From Candidatus Falkowbacteria bacterium RIFOXYC2_FULL_36_12 (lineage in GTDB: Bacteria; Patescibacteriota; Patescibacteriia; UBA11705), in assembly GCA_001778235.1 (NCBI GenBank), contig MFGJ01000007.1:77085-141084 (forward strand): a stretch of DNA of 64,000 nt. Reading direction: 5' to 3'. Position numbers and translations under genes: made by a program. Positions 38,012 to 47,716 of the stretch are shown here, piece after piece. How positions within the stretch are numbered: position 1 is the first letter of the stretch; the number at the start of each line of letters is the position of its first letter. The notes under the pieces were generated by a model. It did not search any database and was not told where the DNA came from. It saw nothing but the letters and a program-made list of their open reading frames with translations.

Positions 38012-39082
38012 TTACTTAATTACCCCTCCGCCAAGACACTCTTTGCCTTTCCAAAACACGGCATACTGACCTGCAGTGATAGATTTCTGGGGGCTTTTAA
38101 ACTGAACAATATATTTATTCAAGTGATTTTTCGTAATAACTGCCTTGAATGCTTTCTGCGCAGAGCGAACCTTACATTTGACATTTATTGGCAATCTTGG
38201 TTCATCAACAATCCATTCAATACTATCAAGAATCAGGCTTTCAGACTCCAGTAAATCTTCATTGGTTGTTACCCATAGGGTGCTTGAAGCTAAATCTAGC
38301 CTAGTAACAAACCATGGTCCGTCAGCTAACCCAATGCCTTTTCTTTGTCCAATTGTGTACTTTTGCAAACCAGAATGCTGACCCAGTGTTTTTTTAGTTT
38401 CAAGATCTTTTATTGGTCCTGTTTTAAAAGTAAAATATCTAGATAAAAACTGATGCATATTGCCAGAAGGAATAAAGCAAACCTCTTGAGACTCTCGCTT
38501 GCTGGCTGTGGGCAAACCGAATTTGGCGGCAAGTTTGCGTACTTTAGATTTTTTTAATTTTGCAAGAGGAAACATAACATGTTTTAGCTGACCTTGGGTT
38601 AATCTATGCAAAAAATAAGTTTGATCCTTGGCTTCATCCTTGCCCTTGTAGAGATGATATTTATCATCTTTTTCAAATTCAAGTCGTGCATAATGTCCAG
38701 TTGCCAGATAATCAACCCCTAATGCCTTTACTTTGTCTAATGCTTGACCAAACTTAATATAACGATTGCAATCAACGCAAGGATTTGGAGTGTGTCCTGA
38801 TTGGTACTCGGAAATGAACTTATCAACAATTTCTTTTTTAAAATCTACTTCAAGATTTATGGTATAAAATTTTATATTCAATTTTTGAGCAACTCGACGA
38901 GCATCCTGCATTGATTCGAGTGAACAACAGATGTTTTCCCGAACATTACCATCAATTTTTTCTCCCCAAAAATGAAAAAACACACCGATAACATCGTATC
39001 CTTGTTTTTTGAGTAAAGCAGCGGCAACTGAAGAGTCAACCCCACCACTCATACCAACCGCGACTGTGCCTTTTGATTTCAT
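38012..39082 (-). CDS. mnmA: tRNA 2-thiouridine(34) synthase
   Basis: MSGGVDSSV, TPNPCVDCN, ATGHYA, KDQTYFL, ESQEVCF, TIGQRKG. Confidence 0.97.
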   Translation of the reverse strand: MKSKGTVAVGMSGGVDSSVAAALLKKQGYDVIGVFFHFWGEKIDGNVRENICCSLESMQDARRVAQKLNIKFYTINLEVDFKKEIVDKFISEYQSGHTPNPCVDCNRYIKFGQALDKVKALGVDYLATGHYARLEFEKDDKYHLYKGKDEAKDQTYFLHRLTQGQLKHVMFPLAKLKKSKVRKLAAKFGLPTASKRESQEVCFIPSGNMHQFLSRYFTFKTGPIKDLETKKTLGQHSGLQKYTIGQRKGIGLADGPWFVTRLDLASSTLWVTTNEDLLESESLILDSIEWIVDEPRLPINVKCKVRSAQKAFKAVITKNHLNKYIVQFKSPQKSITAGQYAVFWKGKECLGGGVIK

Positions 39083-39139
39083 ATAAAATTATTATAAAAA
39101 AAATTCCGCCATTTGGCAATGGCGAAATTTCAATATTGA

Positions 39140-39814
39140 TTATTCTTCAGTTTCAAAACTGGCTACTATTTGGTCAAAAATAGCCTTGTCAGATTCAGAG
39201 AGACTATTCAAATAAAACTCGTAAACAACTCCGTTACCAGAAATAAACACAGTATAACCACTGACAGGATATCCCACATAACCAGCTGTTATTGCCGTCT
39301 TATTACCAATAGTTGTCTGTACACGATTATTATATTTTACTTCTGCATTTTGTTCTCTAAGATCTAGCATCTGATCGATTGTGCGAGAGGGAGAGTTATC
39401 ATTTACATTAATACCGCCTAATCCTTGTTCACTGGTTGCGTTTGGTCCAAATAATGAATTGCGAGCCGGTCCATTGTTCCAAACAAAGGCATTCCAGTCT
39501 GACGGATACTTAAAACTGTAGTGGCCTTCAGTATTGGTAAATAACTTCATTTCTCCACTACTAATATCCACATCGACATCAAATTCACCATCTTTCATTA
39601 CCCCATCAACATCTAATTGAGTAGCCTCAAGTTCATTGATTTTATCTTCTAATTGTATTTTATCTTGCTCAAATGATGCTCTCATTGAGTTCATCTCTCG
39701 ATTGATGTAAAAATAAATACCTAATATAACCAGGACAAAAATCAGAGCTATCGCAATAAGACTGATGATGGTGCCTGTTTTTTTAGGGGTTTTTTCATAG
39801 GAATAATTATCCAT
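39140..39814 (-). CDS. Membrane-anchored protein with a PsbP-like C-terminal domain
   Basis: TM, coiled coil, YSFKYPSDW ... FDQIVASF. Confidence 0.6.
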   Translation of the reverse strand: MDNYSYEKTPKKTGTIISLIAIALIFVLVILGIYFYINREMNSMRASFEQDKIQLEDKINELEATQLDVDGVMKDGEFDVDVDISSGEMKLFTNTEGHYSFKYPSDWNAFVWNNGPARNSLFGPNATSEQGLGGINVNDNSPSRTIDQMLDLREQNAEVKYNNRVQTTIGNKTAITAGYVGYPVSGYTVFISGNGVVYEFYLNSLSESDKAIFDQIVASFETEE

Positions 39815-39825
39815 AGATTTTCAAG

Positions 39826-41127
39826 TTATTTATTTAAAAATTTGTGTAAAAGTAAATCCACTTCTTCATAATTCTGGCTGATTTTTGCGCCAAGGACCAA
39901 GGCGATTAATTCCTGACTTGAATTTTTTGTCAATCTGGCACGAGTCACTAAATTGTATCCTGCTTCGGTAGTATAACCGGTTTTTCCTCCAGTAATATAT
40001 AAATCGCGCAAAAGAAGTTTGTTGGTGTTTTGGCACCAATATGACCTAACCTCATTACCTCGCTTGTAGGTAATCTCTGACCAATATGTGGTTGTTGCCT
40101 GAAGAAAGTCAAACTTATTAAATGTACGCTTGAATATTTCCAGCATTTCGCGAGCAGTTGAAACATTGTATTCGCTTAGACCGGTGGGTTCGACAAAGCT
40201 GGTATTTGTTAAACCCCACTGCTGAACAAGTGCATTCATTTTAGCGACAAACTGATCTTCAGTCATCCCGGTTGAACGCATCAAAGCGCGCGTAGCATTA
40301 TTTTTTGAGCCTACCAGTGTTGCATTAAATAAATTTTTTACAGAAATCAAATCTCCTGGCTCAAGAGGAATACTGGCACCGCCAACATTATCTGATTCAA
40401 TAATTGTTACTTTTTTATCCCAACCAGGATTATTTTCAACAAAAACTTGGGCGGTAATTAACTTGGTAAGACTGGCAATTGGTCTAACCTGATCTGCATT
40501 TTTTTCAAAAATAATATTTCCATCTAAGTCTGCAACAATGGCCGACTGTGCAGTCAGCTGATCTGATAATGATCGTGGAATATTTTCAGGAATAGAAGAA
40601 ACATTTGGAGCAGTTGTAGCTGTTTTATTTTCTAAAACCACGATTTCAGCAAATGGGAAAATGGTCTCGGCAATTGCAATCTTGCGCTCTGAATCAACTT
40701 TGGTAGTTAATGCACGCCATTGTTCTTTTGATCGGTCATAGAAATAAATCGCCTTTTCTTCATCAGTACTAGTTGTGTATTTCACAGCCAAAGTAGCTTT
40801 CTTGCTCAATATTCCTGACACAGGTAGCTTCAAATCATAAATATAATGTGAACTTATCGCTGTTTTGTTTTCTGGGATTGGTGTCTCTGAATTTATATGT
40901 TCAATTTTTACGGTAATTGGAGTTTGGTATTGATTTGGGAATATTGGTAACCAAAAATTGTCGTCCAGACTCTTGATGGTGAAACCTTTTTGTAAAGTTG
41001 GCTGATCAAGTGTTAAAATTCTAGTTGAATTGATAGTATAAGCACTGGCATTGGTCGCCTGAAATAAAGCAAAAACAAAAACAGCAATGGCTGTCAATAT
41101 TAAAATAAATTTCTGATTTTCAGACAT
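39826..41127 (-). CDS. D-alanyl-D-alanine carboxypeptidase/endopeptidase (peptidase S11)
   Basis: Signal peptide; PIASLTKL, SKN, FVEPTGL, NTN, GKTGYT. Confidence 0.9.
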   Translation of the reverse strand: MSENQKFILILTAIAVFVFALFQATNASAYTINSTRILTLDQPTLQKGFTIKSLDDNFWLPIFPNQYQTPITVKIEHINSETPIPENKTAISSHYIYDLKLPVSGILSKKATLAVKYTTSTDEEKAIYFYDRSKEQWRALTTKVDSERKIAIAETIFPFAEIVVLENKTATTAPNVSSIPENIPRSLSDQLTAQSAIVADLDGNIIFEKNADQVRPIASLTKLITAQVFVENNPGWDKKVTIIESDNVGGASIPLEPGDLISVKNLFNATLVGSKNNATRALMRSTGMTEDQFVAKMNALVQQWGLTNTSFVEPTGLSEYNVSTAREMLEIFKRTFNKFDFLQATTTYWSEITYKRGNEVRSYWCQNTNKLLLRDLYITGGKTGYTTEAGYNLVTRARLTKNSSQELIALVLGAKISQNYEEVDLLLHKFLNK

Positions 41128-41137
41128 AGGTAAAAAA

Positions 41138-41590
41138 TTATTGGATTAATTCAACACCAGAGGCATTGAGACGATAACAACCTTTTTTAGAATAATTACC
41201 TATTCCTGTCTCTAAATAAAATAAGACTTCAAAATCATCATCGGAAATTTGAGAAAAACTATATTCGCAAGGTTGGGTACAATCATCACTACAAAGGACT
41301 TTTGATTTCGGATCCCTGAAATTATAAATGGTTGGTAAAAGTTTCTCAAGACGGGAATTCTGACAAGCATAAACCGGTCCTGACTGACAACCTGATTCAG
41401 CATAACTACCGAATTGGATTTTGGTCGAAGCCATGACACTGCGAAGGACACTGATATCACTGGTGCGTTTCACATCTCGCGCTTCTCTACCAGCAAAAAA
41501 GAACATTAGAAATATCAAAATAACCACTACCAAAGAAATAGCTAAAATAGTGATAATTTCTACAATTGTAAATCCTTCAGACTTTTTCAT
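41138..41590 (-). CDS. Type IV pilin-like protein
   Basis: Prepilin cleavage site G-FTIVE, hydrophobic helix, ARDVKRTSDI, Cys pairs. Confidence 0.85.
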   Translation of the reverse strand: MKKSEGFTIVEIITILAISLVVVILIFLMFFFAGREARDVKRTSDISVLRSVMASTKIQFGSYAESGCQSGPVYACQNSRLEKLLPTIYNFRDPKSKVLCSDDCTQPCEYSFSQISDDDFEVLFYLETGIGNYSKKGCYRLNASGVELIQ

Positions 41591-41595
41591 AAAAC

Positions 41596-42066
41596 TTATT
41601 CAATGCCTCTCTCGGTTAGGTGATGACAGCCTTTCTTGTACCCACTGACGGAATTTTCTAACCAAAAAATTACTTCATAACCGTCTTGGGCGATTTTTGT
41701 AAAATTGTAATTGCAGGGTGTTTCTGAACATTGTGAACTGCACGCAAGAATTTTTTCAGCTGGGTCATTAATAGATGCAAGATTGTCTAAATATTTTGAC
41801 AGCATAAAAGTGTCCCCTTCTCCCTGACAACCACTCACCAAACCTTGGAATTCTCCACCACAAGCTGCCAAATATGAACCATCTTCTTCTGCGATAATTT
41901 TCATTACTTGCTGAATATTGGTAATATCATTTATTCTTTTGGCATCACGACCCTTTTCTTGAATACCATTGAGTGATATCAAGGCCACGACTATCAAGAT
42001 TGCACCAACTGCCACAACGATTAATAACTCAATTAAGGTAAAGCCAAATGATTTTTTGCAAGTCAT
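41596..42066 (-). CDS. Type IV pilin-like protein
   Basis: G-FTLIELLIVV, GRDAKRINDI; paralogous to the neighbouring pilin. Confidence 0.9.
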   Translation of the reverse strand: MTCKKSFGFTLIELLIVVAVGAILIVVALISLNGIQEKGRDAKRINDITNIQQVMKIIAEEDGSYLAACGGEFQGLVSGCQGEGDTFMLSKYLDNLASINDPAEKILACSSQCSETPCNYNFTKIAQDGYEVIFWLENSVSGYKKGCHHLTERGIE

Positions 42067-42133
42067 AAATATTTGTTTAGATTTTACTCTTATCAAGTAA
42101 TCAAAAATTAAAATTTTTTACTAAAATAGCTTT

Positions 42134-43228
42134 CTATTTTTCAATATCTCTCATGGCAAGACCAATACAAACGGCGAGACGAGAACCAACCGCATCTAAA
42201 GCTGGTTTCAAATCTTCTGGAGATAAAACTCTGGCCCATGGATCTCCGAGAAAAGTCCTTATATTAAACATCTTTGTAAAGTATTCTGTCAAATTGAATA
42301 TTTTTGCCGTACCACCAGATAGAATAAGGCGGTCAATTCTTTTGGCTTCATTTCCAGGTTGTTTCCCAAAAAAATCAAGTAAATATTTGATTTCATTGAT
42401 AATCGGTACCAGACTTTTTTCAATAGATTCTGGCAACAATTGTCCTTGATTTAAAACTTGGGAAGAATAATTAGCTAAATCCCGTTTGAATTGCTCTGCC
42501 TGATCAATTGAAATATTCATGGTCTCGGCTAAAATCTTGGTGATTTGGTAGCCACCTATATCAACTGTTCTCTCCATATATGGAATACCGTTGTCAACAA
42601 TAGTAATATCAGTATTGGCAGCACCAATATCAACAATAATTACTGTTGATTTATCTTTGCCGACAAGTGCTCTTGCCATACCGAAAGATTCTGTTTCAAG
42701 GCTAAGCAAATTAAAACCAGCTTTTTTGAAAATATCAATATATTTCTTGACTAATGTTTTGGCTGCAGCGGTCAAGAGTACCTGGACACCAGCTTTTGGG
42801 TCGGTTGAAGAACCACCACCGTTCAGAACTTTCCAATCTAAGACCATTTCATCTAGAGGTAGGGGTAGCACTTTTTCAGCCTCGGCCTGAACTGCTTCTG
42901 TAACTTTTTTTATTGAAGTTAAATCTTTTTTATTAATATCGGTCAAATACAAAATAGTAGTAAAGACAGATGATGCCGGCAAAGCAGTAATCGCATCTTT
43001 TGTTTGAACTTTTGATTTTTCGGCAATTTTTTTTATTGAATCTGCCATTTCAGTTGGTTTATCAAGCAGATTTTCAGTCGCTGACTTGGTAGATCTCTCG
43101 AGATAACCATATGTCAAAAGCTGTGCCCGGCCTTTATTGTCGAGAAGTTCAACCAACTTAACACTGCTACCACCAATATCAACTCCGAGATAACTTTTAT
43201 CACCAGTTTTTTTGGAAAACAATCCCAT
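42134..43228 (-). CDS. pilM: Type IV pilus assembly protein PilM
   Basis: LGVDIGGSSVKLVEL, VDIGAANT, ILSGGTA, AVCIGLAMR. Confidence 0.93.
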   Translation of the reverse strand: MGLFSKKTGDKSYLGVDIGGSSVKLVELLDNKGRAQLLTYGYLERSTKSATENLLDKPTEMADSIKKIAEKSKVQTKDAITALPASSVFTTILYLTDINKKDLTSIKKVTEAVQAEAEKVLPLPLDEMVLDWKVLNGGGSSTDPKAGVQVLLTAAAKTLVKKYIDIFKKAGFNLLSLETESFGMARALVGKDKSTVIIVDIGAANTDITIVDNGIPYMERTVDIGGYQITKILAETMNISIDQAEQFKRDLANYSSQVLNQGQLLPESIEKSLVPIINEIKYLLDFFGKQPGNEAKRIDRLILSGGTAKIFNLTEYFTKMFNIRTFLGDPWARVLSPEDLKPALDAVGSRLAVCIGLAMRDIEK

Positions 43229-43359
43229 AGCAAAAAAATTTAGTTATGACTAACTAGATATATTATACCACAAATTATTTGTAAAGGAAATGATTATCCA
43301 CTAAAATCACTTCTTATCACTTCTATAAAACAAAAAAGTCCGAATGATTTCGAACCTGT

Positions 43360-44196
43360 TTAATTGAATGATAATGTTTCTGTTTTTTCGGATTTATGGG
43401 TTTCGGTTGTAATAACATTGATGTCAACACTATAAACCCTTACAAGCTCATCTTTGCTTTCAATTTCTTTAACAAGACTGTCAAGTCTGAGCCGGAGCAC
43501 TCCCAGCATTGCATCTTCATCGATGAGGTTAACCCCCTGAAATAACTTTTCATTTAGATCCTCTGAAGAAATGCCCCGTTGAAATTCAGATGGCGTAACA
43601 TTGACGCATAAAACCTTTTTCGACAACCAAGCTTCAAAAGTTCCAATAAATTTGTATTTAATGCTCACAGAAACTTTTAGCTGTTTATTGCCTTGGACAA
43701 AAACCGACGATACTAACCAGTTTGAATCAAGGCCAATAAATGCTCTGGGGTTCAGCCAATAAAAATATTTGCAATAATTCATCTCATTCAGTTTGAACAG
43801 AGCAAGAAACTTATCTCCTTCTAATTCACCAAGAATCTTATTAGTCTTATCGTAGAGGTAATACTTTGTTACACATACTGGACTTTCTGCATTGTAATCA
43901 GTAAAGTCAAACTTTACTACCTGGGTTTCATCAAACTTTGCAGATAGATACCAGCATAACTGCTTCCGTTTAGATAATCCGATAGTAATCAGAACAACAC
44001 AAACAGCAATCATAATAATACCAAACATACCAAACCCGTTTTCACCAAAACCATCATAAAAATACAATACCAGTGCTCCACAAATTACTGGGATTAGAAC
44101 GATTAAAGATGGTGCCAAAAAAGATGAAAATAAATGTCTTAGTTTATTAATTCTGATTTTATTGTTAAGGATCTTATATGACTCGACTGCGTCCAT
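43360..44196 (-). CDS. Hypothetical 2-TM protein, 278 aa (SD-led orphan)
   Basis: AGGGAGG SD; TTGACA(44267)-17-TAACTT. Confidence 0.7.
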   Translation of the reverse strand: MDAVESYKILNNKIRINKLRHLFSSFLAPSLIVLIPVICGALVLYFYDGFGENGFGMFGIIMIAVCVVLITIGLSKRKQLCWYLSAKFDETQVVKFDFTDYNAESPVCVTKYYLYDKTNKILGELEGDKFLALFKLNEMNYCKYFYWLNPRAFIGLDSNWLVSSVFVQGNKQLKVSVSIKYKFIGTFEAWLSKKVLCVNVTPSEFQRGISSEDLNEKLFQGVNLIDEDAMLGVLRLRLDSLVKEIESKDELVRVYSVDINVITTETHKSEKTETLSFN

Positions 44197-44338
44197 CTTG
44201 GCCTCCCTGGTCCTTGGTGGCTTCTCAAAACAAATAATAAGTTAACATAATCCCGAGAGGCTGTCAACTAATAAACTTCAAAATATTTTTACACAAAAAA
44301 ATCCAGAATTCATGCGGGATTAATAAAATTAATCATTA

Positions 44339-44740
44339 CTAACAAGCTTTGTCCATGGCATCATTGGCTAATTTGTCTGCAACTTTGTTTTTTTCACGAA
44401 CAATGTGCTTGAATTCTGATTTGGAAAATTTATGTCGAAGATTCCAAACTTTCATAAATTGTTTTGCCAAGCCAGGGTCTTTTACCTTGTAGTCACCATT
44501 TATTTGCCTGACGACGAGTTCACTGTCAAGAAAGCAGGTAACTTCTGTAGCGCCTAATTTGTTACAAGTTTCAAGACCACAGATAATAGCTTGGTACTCT
44601 GCTTGATTGTTGGTAGTCTCACCAATATATTTACTAACCTGATCGATTAGTTTATTTTTTTCATCGTAAATAGCAACCCCAATACCGGCTGGGCCTGGAT
44701 TGCCGCGAGCACCTCCATCTGAATATATTTTTAGTTTCAT
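44339..44740 (-). CDS. rnhA: Ribonuclease HI family protein
   Basis: DGGARGNPGPAG, TNNQAEY, DSELVV, REKNKVADKLAN. Confidence 0.93.
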   Translation of the reverse strand: MKLKIYSDGGARGNPGPAGIGVAIYDEKNKLIDQVSKYIGETTNNQAEYQAIICGLETCNKLGATEVTCFLDSELVVRQINGDYKVKDPGLAKQFMKVWNLRHKFSKSEFKHIVREKNKVADKLANDAMDKAC

Positions 44741-44804
44741 AGCAAAAGTTTATAGTTGTAAACTGAAGATAATAATAAAATTATAACTTTATTTTGAAGT
44801 ATTT

Positions 44805-46532
44805 TCAATTTTTTTTCAAATCAACAATACGAGCCTCAACGCTCTCAACCCCATTCCAGACATTGACTCCGAGTTCAACAACGACCTCGATAACATCTCC
44901 CGGACACAGAACCTCACCCCAGCTGTCAGCCATACCAAAAGCTAAAAATTTTTCAGCATGCAAAGAAGTACCTTGTTTGGCCATCAATCGCAGATGTTTT
45001 TCTCCATTTCCGATCTTATCAATCGCGGTAATTTCTAATTGCTTAATAAGAAATAATGGTTTTGGATTGCCTTCGCCAAAAGGTGCAAAAGCTTCAATTT
45101 TTTTCATTAAATCAAGATTGAAATCAGCTAATTTGGCAGTAGAATCAATACTGATAATAGGTTTTAAATCCTCAATCTTTATCATAGCATCAGCCTTGTC
45201 CAATATTATCTTTTGGAATTCAGATAAATGCTCGGCTTTACTAATAGTAAAACCGCATGCTTGGGCATGACCGCCAAAGCGTGAAAGTAACTTCTCTGCC
45301 TGATATAAAACTTCGGTTATATTAAAAGACTCAATACTCCTACCTGAACCAACAATTTGTTCACCGACCTTGGTCATTGCCATAACTGGCCGACAATACT
45401 CATTGCTTATTTTGCCAGCAATTAAACCAATAACTCCTGGATTCCAAGATTCATTGTAAATAAAATAAATTTTTTGCGTACTCTGGGATTCAATAATTGT
45501 TTTTGCTTGTTTAATCGCATCTTCAGTTATTTTCTGACGATCAACATTGGTTGCCTGAAGCTCTGTAGCCAAGAGATTAGCCTCGTCAAAATCATCTGTG
45601 GTCAATAATTTAAAAGCAACTTCAGCATGCTTCAAACGACCGGCAGCATTTAATCTTGGTCCGATTTGGTAGCCAATAGTTGTGGCGGAAAGTTTGGCTA
45701 AATCAATTCCAGCAATCTCAAGTAGCTTTATCAATCCTGGACGACGAGTTTGCTTCAAAACAATTAATCCATAACGCACCAAAATACGATTTTCATCGAT
45801 TAACGGCATCATGTCTGAAACCGTCCCAATTGCAACAATGTCAAGTAACCATTTAAGAAAGCCTTTTTTTCCTCCCCACTTATTTAATTCATTGGTTTCT
45901 TTATCAATACTTTCAATCAGTGCAACAGATAATTTATAGGCCACTCCGGCAGCACAAAGATGCTCAAAAGGATATTTTTCACCTTTGACCTTTGGGTTTA
46001 TAATAGCAAAAGCATTTGGCAGGATTGCTGGCGCTTCGTGATGATCAGTAACTATCACTTCAAGACCATTTTCAGTAGCAAGCTGGACTTCAGCGACATT
46101 GGTAATGCCACAGTCAACTGTAATTAGTAATTTGTACTTTGAGACAAACTGATTAATATTTTTTATATTTATGCCATAACCATCATCTTCTCGATGAGGA
46201 ATAAACACATCAACTTCAGCCCCAAGAGCCTGCAGGGTTTTAAAAAGAATGCTTGAGCTGGTAACTCCGTCGGCATCATAGTCGCCATGGATAATTATTT
46301 TCTCACCTGAATTAATGGCCTGCAATATACGATCCACTGCTTTTTTCATGTGATTAAAAAGGAAAGGATCATGTAGCTTATCAAATTCTGGAAACAAAAA
46401 ACATTCAATCTCATTTGGTTTATGAAGATTTCTATTGTATAATAACCCTTGGATCAGTGGATGGTACTGACTAAATTTTTGCTGGAAGTCTTCAGGCGGT
46501 TCTGGCTTCAACATCCAATTTTTTTCAACCAT
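44805..46532 (-). CDS. recJ: Single-stranded-DNA exonuclease RecJ
   Basis: GDYDADG, TVDCGI, TDHH, GPRLNAAGR, GGHAQACG, PFGEGNP. Confidence 0.97.
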   Translation of the reverse strand: MVEKNWMLKPEPPEDFQQKFSQYHPLIQGLLYNRNLHKPNEIECFLFPEFDKLHDPFLFNHMKKAVDRILQAINSGEKIIIHGDYDADGVTSSSILFKTLQALGAEVDVFIPHREDDGYGINIKNINQFVSKYKLLITVDCGITNVAEVQLATENGLEVIVTDHHEAPAILPNAFAIINPKVKGEKYPFEHLCAAGVAYKLSVALIESIDKETNELNKWGGKKGFLKWLLDIVAIGTVSDMMPLIDENRILVRYGLIVLKQTRRPGLIKLLEIAGIDLAKLSATTIGYQIGPRLNAAGRLKHAEVAFKLLTTDDFDEANLLATELQATNVDRQKITEDAIKQAKTIIESQSTQKIYFIYNESWNPGVIGLIAGKISNEYCRPVMAMTKVGEQIVGSGRSIESFNITEVLYQAEKLLSRFGGHAQACGFTISKAEHLSEFQKIILDKADAMIKIEDLKPIISIDSTAKLADFNLDLMKKIEAFAPFGEGNPKPLFLIKQLEITAIDKIGNGEKHLRLMAKQGTSLHAEKFLAFGMADSWGEVLCPGDVIEVVVELGVNVWNGVESVEARIVDLKKN

Positions 46533-46566
46533 AAAGATATATCAATTTAGATATTTTACTACATAT

Positions 46567-46659
46567 ATGAAAAAAGCCCAAAAAATTGTGTGGACGATTG
46601 TGGTTATTATTATGATAATATCCATGTTTTTCTTTACTTTAATGCCAATTTTTTATTAA
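46567..46659 (+). CDS. 30-aa single-TM peptide (not in the ORF track)
   Basis: MKKAQKIVWTIVVIIMIISMFFFTLMPIFY: basic start plus one hydrophobic helix. Confidence 0.55.
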   Translation: MKKAQKIVWTIVVIIMIISMFFFTLMPIFY

Positions 46660-46737
46660 ATTAAAATCAATAACTATTGACAAATTTGGCTAAAACCATT
46701 AAACTCAATTTTCCCCATAGAGGAGGAGGAGTGAAGA

Positions 46738-47217
46738 ATGCAAACAAACAAATCTGAATACCACAACGAACCAAAATGGCCGAAGAGTTTAACAGACCTA
46801 AAAACTGCTGAAACCATGTGGAAAATTTCTCTGCTAAAAGAGTTTTTGCGTGTTCTAACTTTTAAAATTGATGGTCCTGATAATTTCACAGTCAAATTCC
46901 TTCTTTGGCTGGTTGATCAGAGTGAAGGGTTGACAAAAAATGTTTATGCTGTTTTTCCCGAAGAGTCTCCAGATCTTTACAGAAAGGTCAGGGATAATGT
47001 TCACAGCATGGGGTCAACCGGTGGTAATATCCAAGACTATAGGTTTATTGAGATACTGGGTATTGATTGTTCATTTTCTTATTTTGGATCAACACTGGCA
47101 CAATCAAGCTTGGCTGAAGCGGAAAGAACGATTGGACTATGGGAAAATCCAGTGCCAAAACTTGGCAGACAGACCAGACAGGACAAAATAGTTTATATTG
47201 TCAAGACAACATTATAA
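46738..47217 (+). CDS. Hypothetical protein, 159 aa (SD-led orphan)
   Basis: TTGACA(46677)-17-TAAACT; GAGGAGGAGG SD. Confidence 0.7.
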   Translation: MQTNKSEYHNEPKWPKSLTDLKTAETMWKISLLKEFLRVLTFKIDGPDNFTVKFLLWLVDQSEGLTKNVYAVFPEESPDLYRKVRDNVHSMGSTGGNIQDYRFIEILGIDCSFSYFGSTLAQSSLAEAERTIGLWENPVPKLGRQTRQDKIVYIVKTTL

Positions 47218-47218
47218 G

Positions 47219-47692
47219 ATGATTGGCATTAGAAAAAATCCTAACAAAAAGCCAGGAAGGCTCGAAGAATTGACAATAAAGAATCCACTTGAACCAGTGA
47301 AAAAATATATTGTGACAATCGTTGGTCTATCAAATGAAACTAAAAAACTGCTTACCTTCATGTTAGAATCAAGCGATAACCTAACAAAGAATGTTCTAGT
47401 TATTTTCCCACCAGAGCTACCTGTTCAAAAGGAATTTATTAGGGGACAAATCTTGGAACAGCTATGCTGTGATGCAAGGCTAGAAAAATTGCTACAATCT
47501 GCGACTGACACCGGGTTTAGCCTTCTGCCATTTGGACTATCGAGATTACAAACATCTAGCTCGGCCGTAGATACAATCGCACTGGTAGAAACTGCGCTAA
47601 TGACATCTGGCAAGCTTGCAATAAAGCCTGTTGAAGAAATACTTCTAAATCCAAATTTTTTCAGCAACAAAAAAAACACCTCTAGGAACTAG
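47219..47692 (+). CDS. Hypothetical protein, paralogue of 46738-47217
   Basis: ATG 1 nt after the upstream stop; shared LTKNV-x3-FP-x-E-x-P motif. Confidence 0.65.
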   Translation: MIGIRKNPNKKPGRLEELTIKNPLEPVKKYIVTIVGLSNETKKLLTFMLESSDNLTKNVLVIFPPELPVQKEFIRGQILEQLCCDARLEKLLQSATDTGFSLLPFGLSRLQTSSSAVDTIALVETALMTSGKLAIKPVEEILLNPNFFSNKKNTSRN

Positions 47693-47716
47693 AGCTGTTT
47701 TTTAAATGATAAAAAT

